A stretch of 64,000 nt of DNA, taken from assembly GCA_964596775.1 (NCBI GenBank), contig CAZQVN010000012.1, positions 19,023 to 83,022 on the forward strand. Direction: 5' to 3'. Numbering within the stretch: position 1 is the first letter of the stretch; every line of letters begins with the position of its first letter. The notes below the pieces were generated by a model. That model made no database searches. It was not told the origin of the DNA and saw nothing but the letters and a program-made list of their open reading frames with translations. Shown one piece after another: positions 9,997-20,090 of this stretch. Both the position numbers and the translations under genes were made by a program. The stretch comes from an uncultured bacterium. Its GTDB lineage: Bacteria > Eisenbacteria > RBG-16-71-46 > JABDJR01 > JAWXBZ01.

Positions 9997-10751
9997 TCGG
10001 CACCCGGCTGCTCGAGAAGGATGCAACGGCCGGACTCTTCCTGGCCCTGGCTTCGGTCCTGTCGGCAGGAGCCGGCATCGCGTCCGGGCAGCCGGCGGTC
10101 CTCCTGCTCTTGTCCTTCCCTCCCGCGTGGCTCGTGTTCCTGGACCGCGTGCGCGCGGAGCGGCGCGGATCAGCCCTCGGGCTGATGGTGTTCTGGGCCG
10201 CGGCATGGAGCGTGTCGGCGATCGTCTTCATCCAGCTGTTTCCGGAAGGCGCGGCCGCCGCGATACTCAACGGGACGGCCTACCGGGCCGAGATGTTCCA
10301 CTGGCTGGAAACCGGCCGCGGAAGCGAGGGGGACTGGCGCCTGTTCCTGCCGCAGCACGCCCTGCACTACGGAGCGTTCCTCCTCGTCTCGGCGCTGACC
10401 GCGGGCGCCGGCGGCCTGCTGCTCGGCGTGATCCTGCTCGGCTACATGAACTACTACGTGGCCGCCCTGTTCCTGGCGGATCCGGGGGGGCACCACACCC
10501 TTCCGCTGGCGCTCATGGGGTGGCATGTCTGGGCCGTGGTTCGGGTGATCGGATTCATCGCCGGGGCGGTGGCCATGGCGGATCTCACGCTGGCGCTCGT
10601 CGACCGGTTGAAGGACCGGCCCGGCCGATGGCCGGGCCGGAGCTCCCATTTCCTGTCTCTTTCCCTCGCCCTCGTCATCCTCGACGCCCTGCTGAAGGCG
10701 CTGCTCGCCCCGTACTGGCGGGAGCGGCTGTCGGGACTGGTCGGGTTCTAG
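9993..10751 (+). CDS. Polytopic membrane protein of unknown function, translationally coupled to UbiA gene
   Basis: GTG start overlaps the UbiA stop (GTGA). About 6 hydrophobic segments are visible. Coding-like composition. No recognisable motif. Confidence 0.5.
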   Translation: MIGTRLLEKDATAGLFLALASVLSAGAGIASGQPAVLLLLSFPPAWLVFLDRVRAERRGSALGLMVFWAAAWSVSAIVFIQLFPEGAAAAILNGTAYRAEMFHWLETGRGSEGDWRLFLPQHALHYGAFLLVSALTAGAGGLLLGVILLGYMNYYVAALFLADPGGHHTLPLALMGWHVWAVVRVIGFIAGAVAMADLTLALVDRLKDRPGRWPGRSSHFLSLSLALVILDALLKALLAPYWRERLSGLVGF

Positions 10752-10755
10752 GACG

Positions 10756-12510
10756 TCAGGCGTCGGTTTTCGTGTCGGCGCCGACCAGCATGGCGGGCGT
10801 GACCGCGTCGACCAGCTTCTGGTTGATCTTGACCGGGTGCTTTGCCCGGACCTCGTCGAGGTAGGTCTTGAGCGCGGCCTCGGCGGTGGCGGCGCGGGCC
10901 GCTTCGATCACGTGTTCCCGCGCCTCGTCGAACGTCATCAGGCGCTCCGGCTTGATCTCGTGCGCCTGGGCCACGACCCAGCGCTCCTCGCGCGGCGTCC
11001 CGTCGGGGTAGGTTCCGGCCGGAACCAGGAACGGTCCGACCACCGTGCCGGGATCGCTGGAATAGATGGCCTGCTCGACCGGGTCGTCGTCGATCCGCGG
11101 GATTTCGAACGTGCGGGCCACCGAGGCGAGATTCGGGTCCTGGCGCTTCGCCATGGCCTCGACTTCGGCAAACGGGCGCCCCCCCTTCCACATTTCGGCG
11201 ACCTTCCGGGCCAGTTCCTCGTTCTTCGTTTCGATGCGCGCCTGCTGCGAGCGCTCGACGATCTTGTAACCGGAGCGGTTCTTCTCGAAGTAGTCGCGGT
11301 AGTCCTTTTCCCCCAGCGTGATGCTTCCGGTGATGTGCGTGTAGTAAAGCGTGTTGACGCGGACCTCGTTTTCCTTCTTCTTCACCAGCGTCACGTACTC
11401 GGGATCCTTGTCCAGACCGAGCTTCATGGCCCTTTCCCGCATCAGCTTCGTCCGCAGCATCTGGCGGATGATGTCCTCCACCTCCGGCACGCCGTTGCCC
11501 TTCGGCCAGATGCCCGGGGCCATCCAGTTCAGCATCTCGAGAAAATCCTTGATCGTCATGTCCGGCCGGTCCGCGAACTTGACGACGGGGATGGCCATCT
11601 GCTCCGCGGTGAACGTGGGCAGGACCCGGGGCTCGTTGAGGATCGCGTAGGGATCGTCGGACTTGGGATTTGCGCTCTCGAAGTAGAACTTTTCGTTGAT
11701 GAGCAGGATGCCCGGCGTCTGGTTTTCCGGGGCGGCTTCCGCGAGCAGTTCGTTCTGGAACTCCTCCTGGCGGTCGAGCGACCTCTGCTGCAGCAGAGTG
11801 AGCTCCACCTTTTCCTTGACCTCCTCGAACGAGGGCTTTTCCACGCTGCGCACGGAATCCACCACGAGGAAGTGCGTTCCGAACCGCGTCTTGACCGGTC
11901 CGGTCACCGTGCCGATTTCGGCCTTGAACAGCGCGCGGTCGAACGGTTCCACCATCTGTCCGGCGGTGATCCAGCCCAGACTCCCCCCCTGCTCCGCCGA
12001 CCTCCAGTCCGTGGACTTGCTGATGAGGTCCTCGAACGGCACGCCCTTCGCCAGGGCCTCCTCGACCTCGTGCAGAACGGCTTCGTGCTCCACGAGGATA
12101 TGACGGGCCTTGATCTCGCGGTCGCTGCGGTTCCAGACCTCGCGGATGTCGCTTTCCGGCACCTGGGACTTGTCCTGGACTTCGACCTTCGTGAGGAGGG
12201 TCAGCAGCTGGCTTTCCGCGAAGCGGTGCAGACGGCGGCGCTGGCCGGCGTCCAGTTCCGGCTGGAATTCATAGGCGGCGATCTCGAGAAGATGCTTGTT
12301 GACCAGGTCGTTGATCAGGCGCTCCCGCCCGGCGGGATCGGCCGGATCGGGCCGCTCCGTCCCCGACAGCTTGGCGTAGGCGGCGATGAAGTCGCTCTGG
12401 GTGACCTTTCTGTCTCCCACCGTGGCCAGAACGGGATCATTCGACTTCCTGGCGCAGGAGACGAGCAGCGGCAGGACAAGCAGGGACAGCAGAACGGACC
12501 TCTTAGTCAT
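10756..12510 (-). CDS. SurA/PpiD-like lipoprotein peptidyl-prolyl cis-trans isomerase (parvulin/PpiC rotamase domain)
   Basis: ATG 12510 is preceded by AAGGAG 5 nt upstream. Lipoprotein signal MTKRSVLLSLLVLPLLVSC. Parvulin domain: IKARHILVEHE...GGSLGWITAGQMVEPFDRALF...GPVKTRFGTHFLVV. Confidence 0.75.
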   Translation of the reverse strand: MTKRSVLLSLLVLPLLVSCARKSNDPVLATVGDRKVTQSDFIAAYAKLSGTERPDPADPAGRERLINDLVNKHLLEIAAYEFQPELDAGQRRRLHRFAESQLLTLLTKVEVQDKSQVPESDIREVWNRSDREIKARHILVEHEAVLHEVEEALAKGVPFEDLISKSTDWRSAEQGGSLGWITAGQMVEPFDRALFKAEIGTVTGPVKTRFGTHFLVVDSVRSVEKPSFEEVKEKVELTLLQQRSLDRQEEFQNELLAEAAPENQTPGILLINEKFYFESANPKSDDPYAILNEPRVLPTFTAEQMAIPVVKFADRPDMTIKDFLEMLNWMAPGIWPKGNGVPEVEDIIRQMLRTKLMRERAMKLGLDKDPEYVTLVKKKENEVRVNTLYYTHITGSITLGEKDYRDYFEKNRSGYKIVERSQQARIETKNEELARKVAEMWKGGRPFAEVEAMAKRQDPNLASVARTFEIPRIDDDPVEQAIYSSDPGTVVGPFLVPAGTYPDGTPREERWVVAQAHEIKPERLMTFDEAREHVIEAARAATAEAALKTYLDEVRAKHPVKINQKLVDAVTPAMLVGADTKTDA

Positions 12511-12680
12511 CGAAACTCCTTTGGCCTTCGGCACAGAATGGATCAAGAAATCAGACGTAAAATTGTAGTCGACCGGGGAGCCGAGAACAAGGATTAGTGC
12601 AGGAATGGCTTGTCCGGCACCCGGCGGAATGCTAGACTTTTTGGCGACTTACCGCCCCGTACCCTGGAGTTCATGATCTC

Positions 12681-15600
12681 TTGACGAAACAGCCTTCCCC
12701 CCGCGAACGGTCGGCCCCGTCCCCATCCCGCGCCGACTTTCTGGTTCTCTGCCTCTTCTTTCTTTCCGGCGCCAGCGCCCTTGTCTACGAAGTTGTCTGG
12801 AGCCGCCTCCTCACGTTTGTCTTCGGGGGCACGGCGTTCGCCATCGCCACCGTCCTGGCCGCCTATATGGCCGGACTGGCCATCGGTTCCTGGACATTCG
12901 GGCGCCGGATCGACAAGGGGGGGCACCCGATCATCGTGTATGCCCTCCTCGAAGGAGGGATCGCGTTGTGGGCGCTGGTCTTACCGGCCATTCTCACCGC
13001 CCTCAACGGTTTCTACGGCGTCCTCTACCAGAGCCTGAACCCGGGCCCCAGTGTGCTGGCACTGATCCGGTTTCTCATCTGCTTCCTCGTCCTTCTCGTG
13101 CCCACGATCCTCATGGGCGGCACCCTGCCCGTCCTCTCCCGCCTTCTCGTCGGAGGGCGGAAAAGCCTGGGACTCAAGACCGGCATTCTCTACGGAACGA
13201 ACACGATCGGCGCCGTGGCCGGAACCGCGGCGGCCGGCTTCTTCCTGATCCCGAACCTCGGAATGCAGCTTTCGACCTGGGTGGCCATCGCCTTCAACGT
13301 GGCGGTCACGATTCTGGCCTTCGGGCTCAGACCGCTTCTCCCCTACGAGGAGCCCTCATCGAAGCCGGTGGCGGCCCCGGAGCCCGAGCCGGTTCCGGCC
13401 GATCATCGTCTCAAGAAAATCGTCCTGTTCGTCTACGCCTCGAGCGGCTTCGCCGCGCTGACCTACGAAGTGGCCTGGACCAAGGTCCTGTCCGGGGCGC
13501 TGGGAACGACCACCTACGCATTCTCGGCGATGCTCACCACGTTCCTGCTCGGGCTCGCGCTGGGCGCGTTCATCATGGCCCGGCTGGCCGACCGCCACAA
13601 TCCGGTTCTCCTGCTCGCCTGGTCCCAGCTCGGCGTGGCCGTTCTGGGTCTTCTCGCCCTGCCGGTCTTCGGCAACCTCCCCTACCTGTTCATCGAGGCG
13701 TACCGGCAGCTCGGACCGTCGTGGCAGGCCCAGACGCTCGCCAAGTTCGCGCTCTGCGCGGTCACGATGCTCCCGCCCACGCTCCTGATGGGAGGCGCGT
13801 TTCCGCTGGTCGCCCGCATTTACGCAGACGCCATGGGAAAACTCGGCCGGCAGGTGGGGACGCTCTACTCTTCCAACACGCTCGGCGCCATTCTCGGGTC
13901 GTTCTCGGCCGGGTTCATCCTCATCCCCCTCGTGGGCCGGCAGGGAACGATCCTTACGGCCGCGGCGGTCAACATCGTCTCCGCGAGCCTGCTCTACTGG
14001 ACGATCGGCCGAACTCTGAGCGGCCGGGCCAGGATCGTGGCCGCGCTGACCGCCCTGGCGATCCTTCCCGCCCTCTATTTCGGATCCCGTCCCTGGGATC
14101 CCTACGTCATGTCGAGCGGCGCCTACGTGTACGCGGAAACGTATGCCAGGGAACCAGACCTCAGGAAGTCGTTTCACGACTCGCGGCTTCTTTACTATGA
14201 AGAGGACACCGAGGCCATCATCGCGGTGTACCGGGCCCAGCACGTCCTGTCGCTCCGGACGAACGGGAAGGTGGAAGCCTCCTCGTCGGGAGACATGCTG
14301 ACGCAGAAGCTGATTTCCCACCTGCCGCTCCTTCATCATCCGAACCCCGCCGACGTCCTGATGATCGGGCTGGCCAGCGGAATATCCCTGGGGTCGGCGC
14401 TGGCCTATCCCCAGGTGCAGCAGGCGGATTGCGTGGAAATGCTCGAAGGAATGACGAACGTCACCGACTTCTTCCGGAAGTACAACCACGACTGCATGAA
14501 CGACCCGCGCACCCGGCTGATCATCAACGACGGGCGCAATCACCTGGCGCTGTCGGACAGGACGTACGACATCATCATATCCCAGCCCTCGAACCCGTGG
14601 ATCGCCGGCATCGGATCGCTGTTCACAAGGGAGTTCTTTGCCATCGGCGCGCGACGGCTGAAGCCGGACGGGATTTTCTGCCAGTGGGTCCAGATGTACC
14701 AGATGTCGCGCGAGGACTTCGGATCCGTGGTCAAGACGTTCCACGAAGCATGGCCGCACATGAGCATCTGGATGGGCTCCCCGGGCGACATCGTGCTTCT
14801 CGGCAGCCGTGTGCCGCTGGAACTCGACTACCGGAAGCTCTCTTCGGATCTCTCCATCGAATCCGTCACCGCCGACCTTCAGCAGGTCGGTGTGCGGGAC
14901 GTGTTCGGATTTCTCCAGTCGTACATCGGCGGCGACGATGCCGCCGCGGCGCTGACCCGCGGGGCCGGACGCACGATCACCGACGATAACCTGCTCCTCG
15001 AGTTTTCCATGCCCCGCTACCTCTACTCCTCGGACGTGGACATGATGATTCTCCCGGTGCTGGCGCCGCTGCGCCAGCCGTACACGAACGTGGTCGAGGT
15101 GCGTGGTCTCGAACCGGACAGCGCCCGCGCCGTTACGGACACCATGGAGCGTTATTACAGGGGGCGCAACAAGGCCATCGACGGAATCTACCTGGCCATC
15201 GGCAAGGAGCACGGTTCGGCGGTGACCATCCTCGAGGAGGCCCTGCAGCTCGCCCCCACCGACCCTCTGATCGGCCATTACATCTCCTCGAGCCGGAACG
15301 AGGTGGGCATCACGCTGCTTCAGGGCGGACAGGAAACCCAGGCCCTGAAGGAGTTCCGCCGATCCGCCGAGGTCGGGTCGGCGTCCGAGCGCGCGCTGGC
15401 CTACAACAACATCGGTCTCCACCATTACTCGGCGGGGATCGCGGACTCCGCGGCCTGGTACTGGAAAATGGCGGCGGATCTCGAACCGGAGAGCCCGATC
15501 ATCCGCTACAACCTCGGGCTCGTCTACGACGGACTCGGCCGGCGCGATCTCGCGGCCGCCGAGTACCGGGATGTCCTCAAGATCGAACCGGACAACGAAG

Positions 15601-15944
15601 TCGTCCTGAACAACCTGGCCTGGATTCTCGCCCAGAACCAGGCCGGCGCCGGAGAAGCCGTGGAACTGGCCCGGCGCGCGGTGGAGCTGAACCCGTCCTC
15701 CGGCAACCTCGATACGTTCGGCTTTGCGCTCGGCGAGGTGGGCAAGCTGTCCGAAGCGGAAGCCGTGCTGCGCAGGGCCCTGGCCGAAGGCGACGGGAAC
15801 GCGGAAACCGCGTTTCATCTCGGCCAGGTGCTGGCCCGCGCCGGCAAGCAGGACGAAGCCAGGGTGCTGTTCCGGAAAGCAGCCGACAGCGATCCTTCCG
15901 GCGATCTCGGAGCGCGCGCCCGCGCCGCGCTGGCGGGGCTCTGA
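12681..15944 (+). CDS. Fused polytopic-membrane / spermidine-synthase-like (aminopropyltransferase fold) protein with C-terminal TPR repeats, 1087 aa
   Basis: Two blocks of ~7 TM helices come first. Then a SpeE-like module: LMIGLASGISLGSALAYPQVQQADCVEMLEGMT...LIINDGRNHL...YDIIISQPSNPW. At least 6 TPR-like repeats follow at the C-terminus. This architecture matches proteins annotated as fused MFS/spermidine synthase. TTG start. Confidence 0.7.
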   Translation: MTKQPSPRERSAPSPSRADFLVLCLFFLSGASALVYEVVWSRLLTFVFGGTAFAIATVLAAYMAGLAIGSWTFGRRIDKGGHPIIVYALLEGGIALWALVLPAILTALNGFYGVLYQSLNPGPSVLALIRFLICFLVLLVPTILMGGTLPVLSRLLVGGRKSLGLKTGILYGTNTIGAVAGTAAAGFFLIPNLGMQLSTWVAIAFNVAVTILAFGLRPLLPYEEPSSKPVAAPEPEPVPADHRLKKIVLFVYASSGFAALTYEVAWTKVLSGALGTTTYAFSAMLTTFLLGLALGAFIMARLADRHNPVLLLAWSQLGVAVLGLLALPVFGNLPYLFIEAYRQLGPSWQAQTLAKFALCAVTMLPPTLLMGGAFPLVARIYADAMGKLGRQVGTLYSSNTLGAILGSFSAGFILIPLVGRQGTILTAAAVNIVSASLLYWTIGRTLSGRARIVAALTALAILPALYFGSRPWDPYVMSSGAYVYAETYAREPDLRKSFHDSRLLYYEEDTEAIIAVYRAQHVLSLRTNGKVEASSSGDMLTQKLISHLPLLHHPNPADVLMIGLASGISLGSALAYPQVQQADCVEMLEGMTNVTDFFRKYNHDCMNDPRTRLIINDGRNHLALSDRTYDIIISQPSNPWIAGIGSLFTREFFAIGARRLKPDGIFCQWVQMYQMSREDFGSVVKTFHEAWPHMSIWMGSPGDIVLLGSRVPLELDYRKLSSDLSIESVTADLQQVGVRDVFGFLQSYIGGDDAAAALTRGAGRTITDDNLLLEFSMPRYLYSSDVDMMILPVLAPLRQPYTNVVEVRGLEPDSARAVTDTMERYYRGRNKAIDGIYLAIGKEHGSAVTILEEALQLAPTDPLIGHYISSSRNEVGITLLQGGQETQALKEFRRSAEVGSASERALAYNNIGLHHYSAGIADSAAWYWKMAADLEPESPIIRYNLGLVYDGLGRRDLAAAEYRDVLKIEPDNEVVLNNLAWILAQNQAGAGEAVELARRAVELNPSSGNLDTFGFALGEVGKLSEAEAVLRRALAEGDGNAETAFHLGQVLARAGKQDEARVLFRKAADSDPSGDLGARARAALAGL

Positions 15945-18119
15945 TTGAAAAGGACACCCTCCCGGCCCGCCTCGTCCTGGCCCGCCCTGCTGATTCCGGC
16001 AATGCTCGGCGCCATGATCGCGCTGGGAGGGCTCACCGTTGCCGGCCAGGGCCCCGTCTTCCGTAACGCCACGGGGATCGAGATCCCCTGGGAAAACGCC
16101 ACCCGCAACCTTTCGACCCCGCCCCCGCGCGGCTCGGCCGTTCCGCCGGCGCCCCTCTACCCGCATGTCCTCAAGGGGCTGGGGCTGAACAGCGACCCCG
16201 CCCGGGCCCGCTCCACGCAGTTGATCCTGCTCGGATTCCTGCTTCCGTTCTTCGCCGCCCTGGCCGGGCTCCGCTGGAAGGGGACCGGTGCGGCATGGAG
16301 CGCCGGCTGCCTGGTTCTTCTGACCGGTTCCTTCCATGTCCATGCCGCATGGTTCGTGCCCGCCGCATGGCAGGCGGCCTGCGTGCTCGCCCTCCTGGCC
16401 CTGGTGGCCGGCCGGAAGACCGGACCGGTGACCGCCGTCGGCGCCGGCGTTCTCCTCGGAATCTCCGGTCTCTGCGGCAGCCTCTGGGCCGTTCCGGCCG
16501 CGCTGGGACTGGCCGCGGCATTCCTCGTGGACCGGAGACCTGCCCTTTCAGGACTGCTCGCCGCGGGATTCCTCGTGTTCCTCGCCGGGCCGACACTCGC
16601 CCCGGGAGGTGGAGGACCGGGGCTCCCCGCCACCACGACCGGCATCGACGCCGCGCTGGGATTTCATTCCGGCGCCTCCGGCCTGGATTCACGCCGGATC
16701 GACGCTCCCGGCTGGCGGTGGCTGAGCCCCGCGGACATCCTGACCCGGATGACCAGGGAGTCGGGAGAACCCCCGGACCCGCAGCGCGTCAACGCCGTCT
16801 TCGGCGCCTCCGCGCTGCGCTTCGTCGCCGCAAATCCCGTCGAGGCTCTCGGGCTCGTCGGGTGGAAACTGCTGCTGATGCTCCAGGCCTACGACCCTCC
16901 GTCGCCGGAAAGCGTGCTGTTCCGCGCTTCCGCCACGGTGCCCTGGGCGAAATGGCTCCTCCCGGTTGCCGCGCTGGTTCTCGGGTTCGGGGTGGCCGGA
17001 TTGATCTTCGGGAAGGACGGGCGGCGGCCCCTCCTCATTCTCGGCGCGTCCGTGCTGCTGGTCTCGGCCTTCGGCGTCGTCCGGTCCGGCGACCGGCTGG
17101 CGCTGCTCGCAGTGCTTGCCCTGCCGGCGGGGGCGGCGCTTGCCGTCCGGGACCGCCGGACGGTCGCCGCGGGCGTGGCGCTGACCGCACTGCTCGGCGC
17201 CTCGTGGTTCGTCCTTCCGGCGCGCTACGAGTCCCGGGCCGACGAGCACTATGCAATGGGAGTCGCCTTCGACCGCCTGAAGCGACCGGCGGAATCGATG
17301 GCGGAACTGGACCGGGCCGTGCGGCTCGATCCGCACCATGTCAGCGCCCGCGTGACCCTGGCCGCGGGGCTCGCCCGGGACGGCCTGCATGAACAGGCGG
17401 CGGAGGAGATCCAGCGGGCGCTCGAAGACGCGCCGGACCTGGTCCAGGGGTGGCGGTTCCTGGCCCGCATGCAGCAGGATGCCGGGCGTCTCGAGGACGC
17501 GGCGCGGTCCTGGATGGAAGTGGGGCGCCTCGACCCCCGAAACGCCGAGGCCCGCAACAATCTCGGAACCGTGTACGCCGCGCTCGGAAAGTACGACGAA
17601 GCCGTGGACGCGCTCGAGGAGGCGCTGGTCCTCGATCCGACGTACCGGGAGGCCGGAATCAACCTCACGGAGATCCGCCGGCGCGGACCCGAGGGGCTTA
17701 CCGGAGCGCGGCTGGAAACGCAGGGGCCAGGCAACGCAGTGCTGCAGATCCAGTCCGGCGTGGCCGAGGCCATGCAGAAGCTGCAGGCCGGCGATGCCGA
17801 GGGCGCGGCAGTGCGGATCCAGGAGTTGCGCGCCACTTACGGGGCCACACCCGACATCGACTTTGCCTCGGGCAACCTGGCGATGAACCGGGGCGAGTTC
17901 GAGCAGGCCATCGAACTGTACGAACGCAGCCGGACCCAGATATCCAACAATCCGGTACTGCTGTTGAACCTCGGGGCCGCCTACGCGCAGACGGGCAACC
18001 TGGAAAGAGCCGTGCCCCTCTGGGAAGAGGTGTTGCGCATCGATCCGTCCAGCGCGGTGGCCCGCCAGAACCTCGAGGCCGCCCGGGCTTCCGGGGCAGC
18101 GCCCTCTACGACCCCCTAG
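15945..18119 (+). CDS. Polytopic membrane protein with C-terminal TPR repeats
   Basis: N-terminal ~440 aa has many hydrophobic helices. The C-terminus has TPRs (YAMGVAFDRLKRP...AEARNNLGTVYAALGKYDEAVDALEEALVLDP...). The track start (TTG 15945) abuts the upstream stop. The first ATG is at 16002 (MLGAMIALGG), so the start is uncertain. Confidence 0.6.
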   Translation: MKRTPSRPASSWPALLIPAMLGAMIALGGLTVAGQGPVFRNATGIEIPWENATRNLSTPPPRGSAVPPAPLYPHVLKGLGLNSDPARARSTQLILLGFLLPFFAALAGLRWKGTGAAWSAGCLVLLTGSFHVHAAWFVPAAWQAACVLALLALVAGRKTGPVTAVGAGVLLGISGLCGSLWAVPAALGLAAAFLVDRRPALSGLLAAGFLVFLAGPTLAPGGGGPGLPATTTGIDAALGFHSGASGLDSRRIDAPGWRWLSPADILTRMTRESGEPPDPQRVNAVFGASALRFVAANPVEALGLVGWKLLLMLQAYDPPSPESVLFRASATVPWAKWLLPVAALVLGFGVAGLIFGKDGRRPLLILGASVLLVSAFGVVRSGDRLALLAVLALPAGAALAVRDRRTVAAGVALTALLGASWFVLPARYESRADEHYAMGVAFDRLKRPAESMAELDRAVRLDPHHVSARVTLAAGLARDGLHEQAAEEIQRALEDAPDLVQGWRFLARMQQDAGRLEDAARSWMEVGRLDPRNAEARNNLGTVYAALGKYDEAVDALEEALVLDPTYREAGINLTEIRRRGPEGLTGARLETQGPGNAVLQIQSGVAEAMQKLQAGDAEGAAVRIQELRATYGATPDIDFASGNLAMNRGEFEQAIELYERSRTQISNNPVLLLNLGAAYAQTGNLERAVPLWEEVLRIDPSSAVARQNLEAARASGAAPSTTP

Positions 18120-20035
18120 TCCGGACCGGCCTGTCCCGCGGCATTGAGCTCGCTCAATCGCGCACGGACCCGGTCCGCATCCCCTGGATAACGCAGCGCG
18201 CGGTTCCAGGTCTCGCGCGCCTCGCGCCGGCGCCCCATCCGGAGGTGAATCTCCGCCAGCGTGTCGAGCGTAGCGGCATCCGGCTGCAGCGCCACCGCCC
18301 GCTCGGCATGCGAGAGCGCTTCGTCGAGATCGCCGCCGGACAGCAGGAGGTACCAGGCCAGGCTGTTGTGCGCGTCGGCGTCCGCGGGGTTGAGCGCCGC
18401 CGCCCGGCGGAACGCGCGAACCGCGCCCGTCGTGTCGGCCACGCCGAGACGGGCCAGCCCCAGGTTGAACCAGGCCAGATCGATCGTGGAGTCCCTGGCC
18501 ACCGCCCGTTCCAGGAGCGCCACGGCCTCCCGGTGATTCCCGCTGTTCACTTCGAGCCCGCCCAGCGTGATCCACGCGCTGGAATAGGAGGAGTCGCTGG
18601 CGATGGCGGCCCGGAGGTCGCGGCGGGCCTCCTCCACTCTTCCGAGCGACATCCGGTAGCCGCCGAGATTCACCCATGCTTCGGTGTAGGTCGGATCCAG
18701 GGACACCGCCGTTTGCAGCGAGGCGATCGCCTCCTCGACCCTCCCCTGATCATGCAGATTCACGCCGAGATTGTAATGAGCCCGTCCGCTCCGCGGGGAA
18801 GACCGCACCGTGGCCCTGGCCAGGGTCGCGTCGTCCGCCCAGTCGCGGTTCCGGACCAGCGAGGTCGCGGTGCCGGCCACTCCGAGCAGAGCCACCACGG
18901 CGACCGCCGCGCGGCGGTCCGCGGCTCCCGATCGTCCGGCCAGCGCCATTCCCGCGCCGGCCACGGCAAGGAGAAAGCCGGCCGACGGCAGGTACAGCAG
19001 GCGCTCCGCCATGACCGTGCCGATCCGGATCACGAAGTTGGACACGGGGAACAGGGTGAGGCCGAACAGGCCGAGGCCGACGGCCATGGCCGACGCCGGG
19101 CCGCGGGGTTCCGCTCCCTCCCGTCGCGCGGCGCGGAATGCCCCGACGAAGGCAACGGCCAGCCCGAGGACGCACGCCGTGCCGAACCAGGCCCACGCGT
19201 CGCCCGGCGCGGCGGCGTCGATCTGGGGCCACGAATAGTCCGCCGACAGCCGCCACGGAAAGACGAGCAGCACGACGTAGCGCCCGAACACCGACAGCGC
19301 CGTCCACAGGGCGGACAGGAACGGGAGCGTGGCGATCACGTTGTCCATCCGGTAGAGAATCATCCCCTTCGGGTTCGTGAACGCCCCGAGGACGGCGTAC
19401 CGGGCGGCCAGGTAACCGACCAGGACGGCGGCGTAGAGGGCGTACGCCCGGAGGTCGATGCGGCGCCGCCGGAGCAGGTCGCGCAGCAGCAGCGCGGCCG
19501 GCAGCACCACGGCGATCTCCTTGGCCAGCAGACCGGCCGCGAACACCGTCGCCGCCGCGGTGCGGCGCCTGTCGTGAAGGAGCCATGCGGCGAGAAAACC
19601 GGCCGCCGCCAGGAGCTCGGCGCGCCCGACAAGGTTGGCCACCGCCTCGGTGTGAACCGGGTGCACGGCGAACAGGAGCGCGGCGGCCAGCGCACCCGCC
19701 GGGGAGAGAAACTCCAGGGCACAGAGAAACAGGAGGATCGACACGAGCGCGTGGAGCAGCACGTTGACGACGTGCCAGGCCAGGGGTTCCAGGGAGGCAA
19801 CCCGGTGGTTGAGGGCGAAGGAGAACACGGTCAGCGGCCGGTAGAGTCCGCCGGTGAGCCGCCCGCCCCAGTAGGGAGTCGTCCAGACCTCGGACATCCG
19901 CGCCGGATCCGTCACCCGCGGGTTGGCGACGATGATCTGCGCGTCGTCGTACACGAATCCGCCCGGCAGGCTCGTCGCGTACGCCGCGCACGCCGCGGCC
20001 AGAACGAGCAGCAGGGGGAGGATCCGGGAGCGCAT
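18116..20035 (-). CDS. TMTC/PMT_2-like GT-C membrane glycosyltransferase-like protein fused to TPR repeats
   Basis: ATG at 20035. N-terminal FVYDDAQIIVANPRV, YRPLTV and AVHPVHTEAVANLVGR are hallmark motifs of bacterial TMTC/DUF1736 (PMT_2 superfamily) proteins. C-terminal TPRs follow. It is convergent with, and overlaps the 3' end of, the previous gene by 4 nt. Confidence 0.7.
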   Translation of the reverse strand: MRSRILPLLLVLAAACAAYATSLPGGFVYDDAQIIVANPRVTDPARMSEVWTTPYWGGRLTGGLYRPLTVFSFALNHRVASLEPLAWHVVNVLLHALVSILLFLCALEFLSPAGALAAALLFAVHPVHTEAVANLVGRAELLAAAGFLAAWLLHDRRRTAAATVFAAGLLAKEIAVVLPAALLLRDLLRRRRIDLRAYALYAAVLVGYLAARYAVLGAFTNPKGMILYRMDNVIATLPFLSALWTALSVFGRYVVLLVFPWRLSADYSWPQIDAAAPGDAWAWFGTACVLGLAVAFVGAFRAARREGAEPRGPASAMAVGLGLFGLTLFPVSNFVIRIGTVMAERLLYLPSAGFLLAVAGAGMALAGRSGAADRRAAVAVVALLGVAGTATSLVRNRDWADDATLARATVRSSPRSGRAHYNLGVNLHDQGRVEEAIASLQTAVSLDPTYTEAWVNLGGYRMSLGRVEEARRDLRAAIASDSSYSSAWITLGGLEVNSGNHREAVALLERAVARDSTIDLAWFNLGLARLGVADTTGAVRAFRRAAALNPADADAHNSLAWYLLLSGGDLDEALSHAERAVALQPDAATLDTLAEIHLRMGRRREARETWNRALRYPGDADRVRARLSELNAAGQAGPD

Positions 20036-20090
20036 GTCAGGCGATCGCGGGATGGAGTGGGGAGAGTTTCCGGGAGCGCATTTCAGGGAA

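Noticed and set aside
9058-10206. 382-aa minus-strand ORF over the UbiA gene
   Set aside because: R/G/P-rich, with no hydrophobic structure. The plus-strand UbiA frame has clear motifs and TM helices.
10837-12597. 586-aa plus-strand ORF
   Set aside because: Antisense of the PPIase gene. Low-complexity R/L/G composition.
13356-16343. 995-aa minus-strand ORF
   Set aside because: Antisense of the SpeE-like/TPR fusion gene. R/G-rich.
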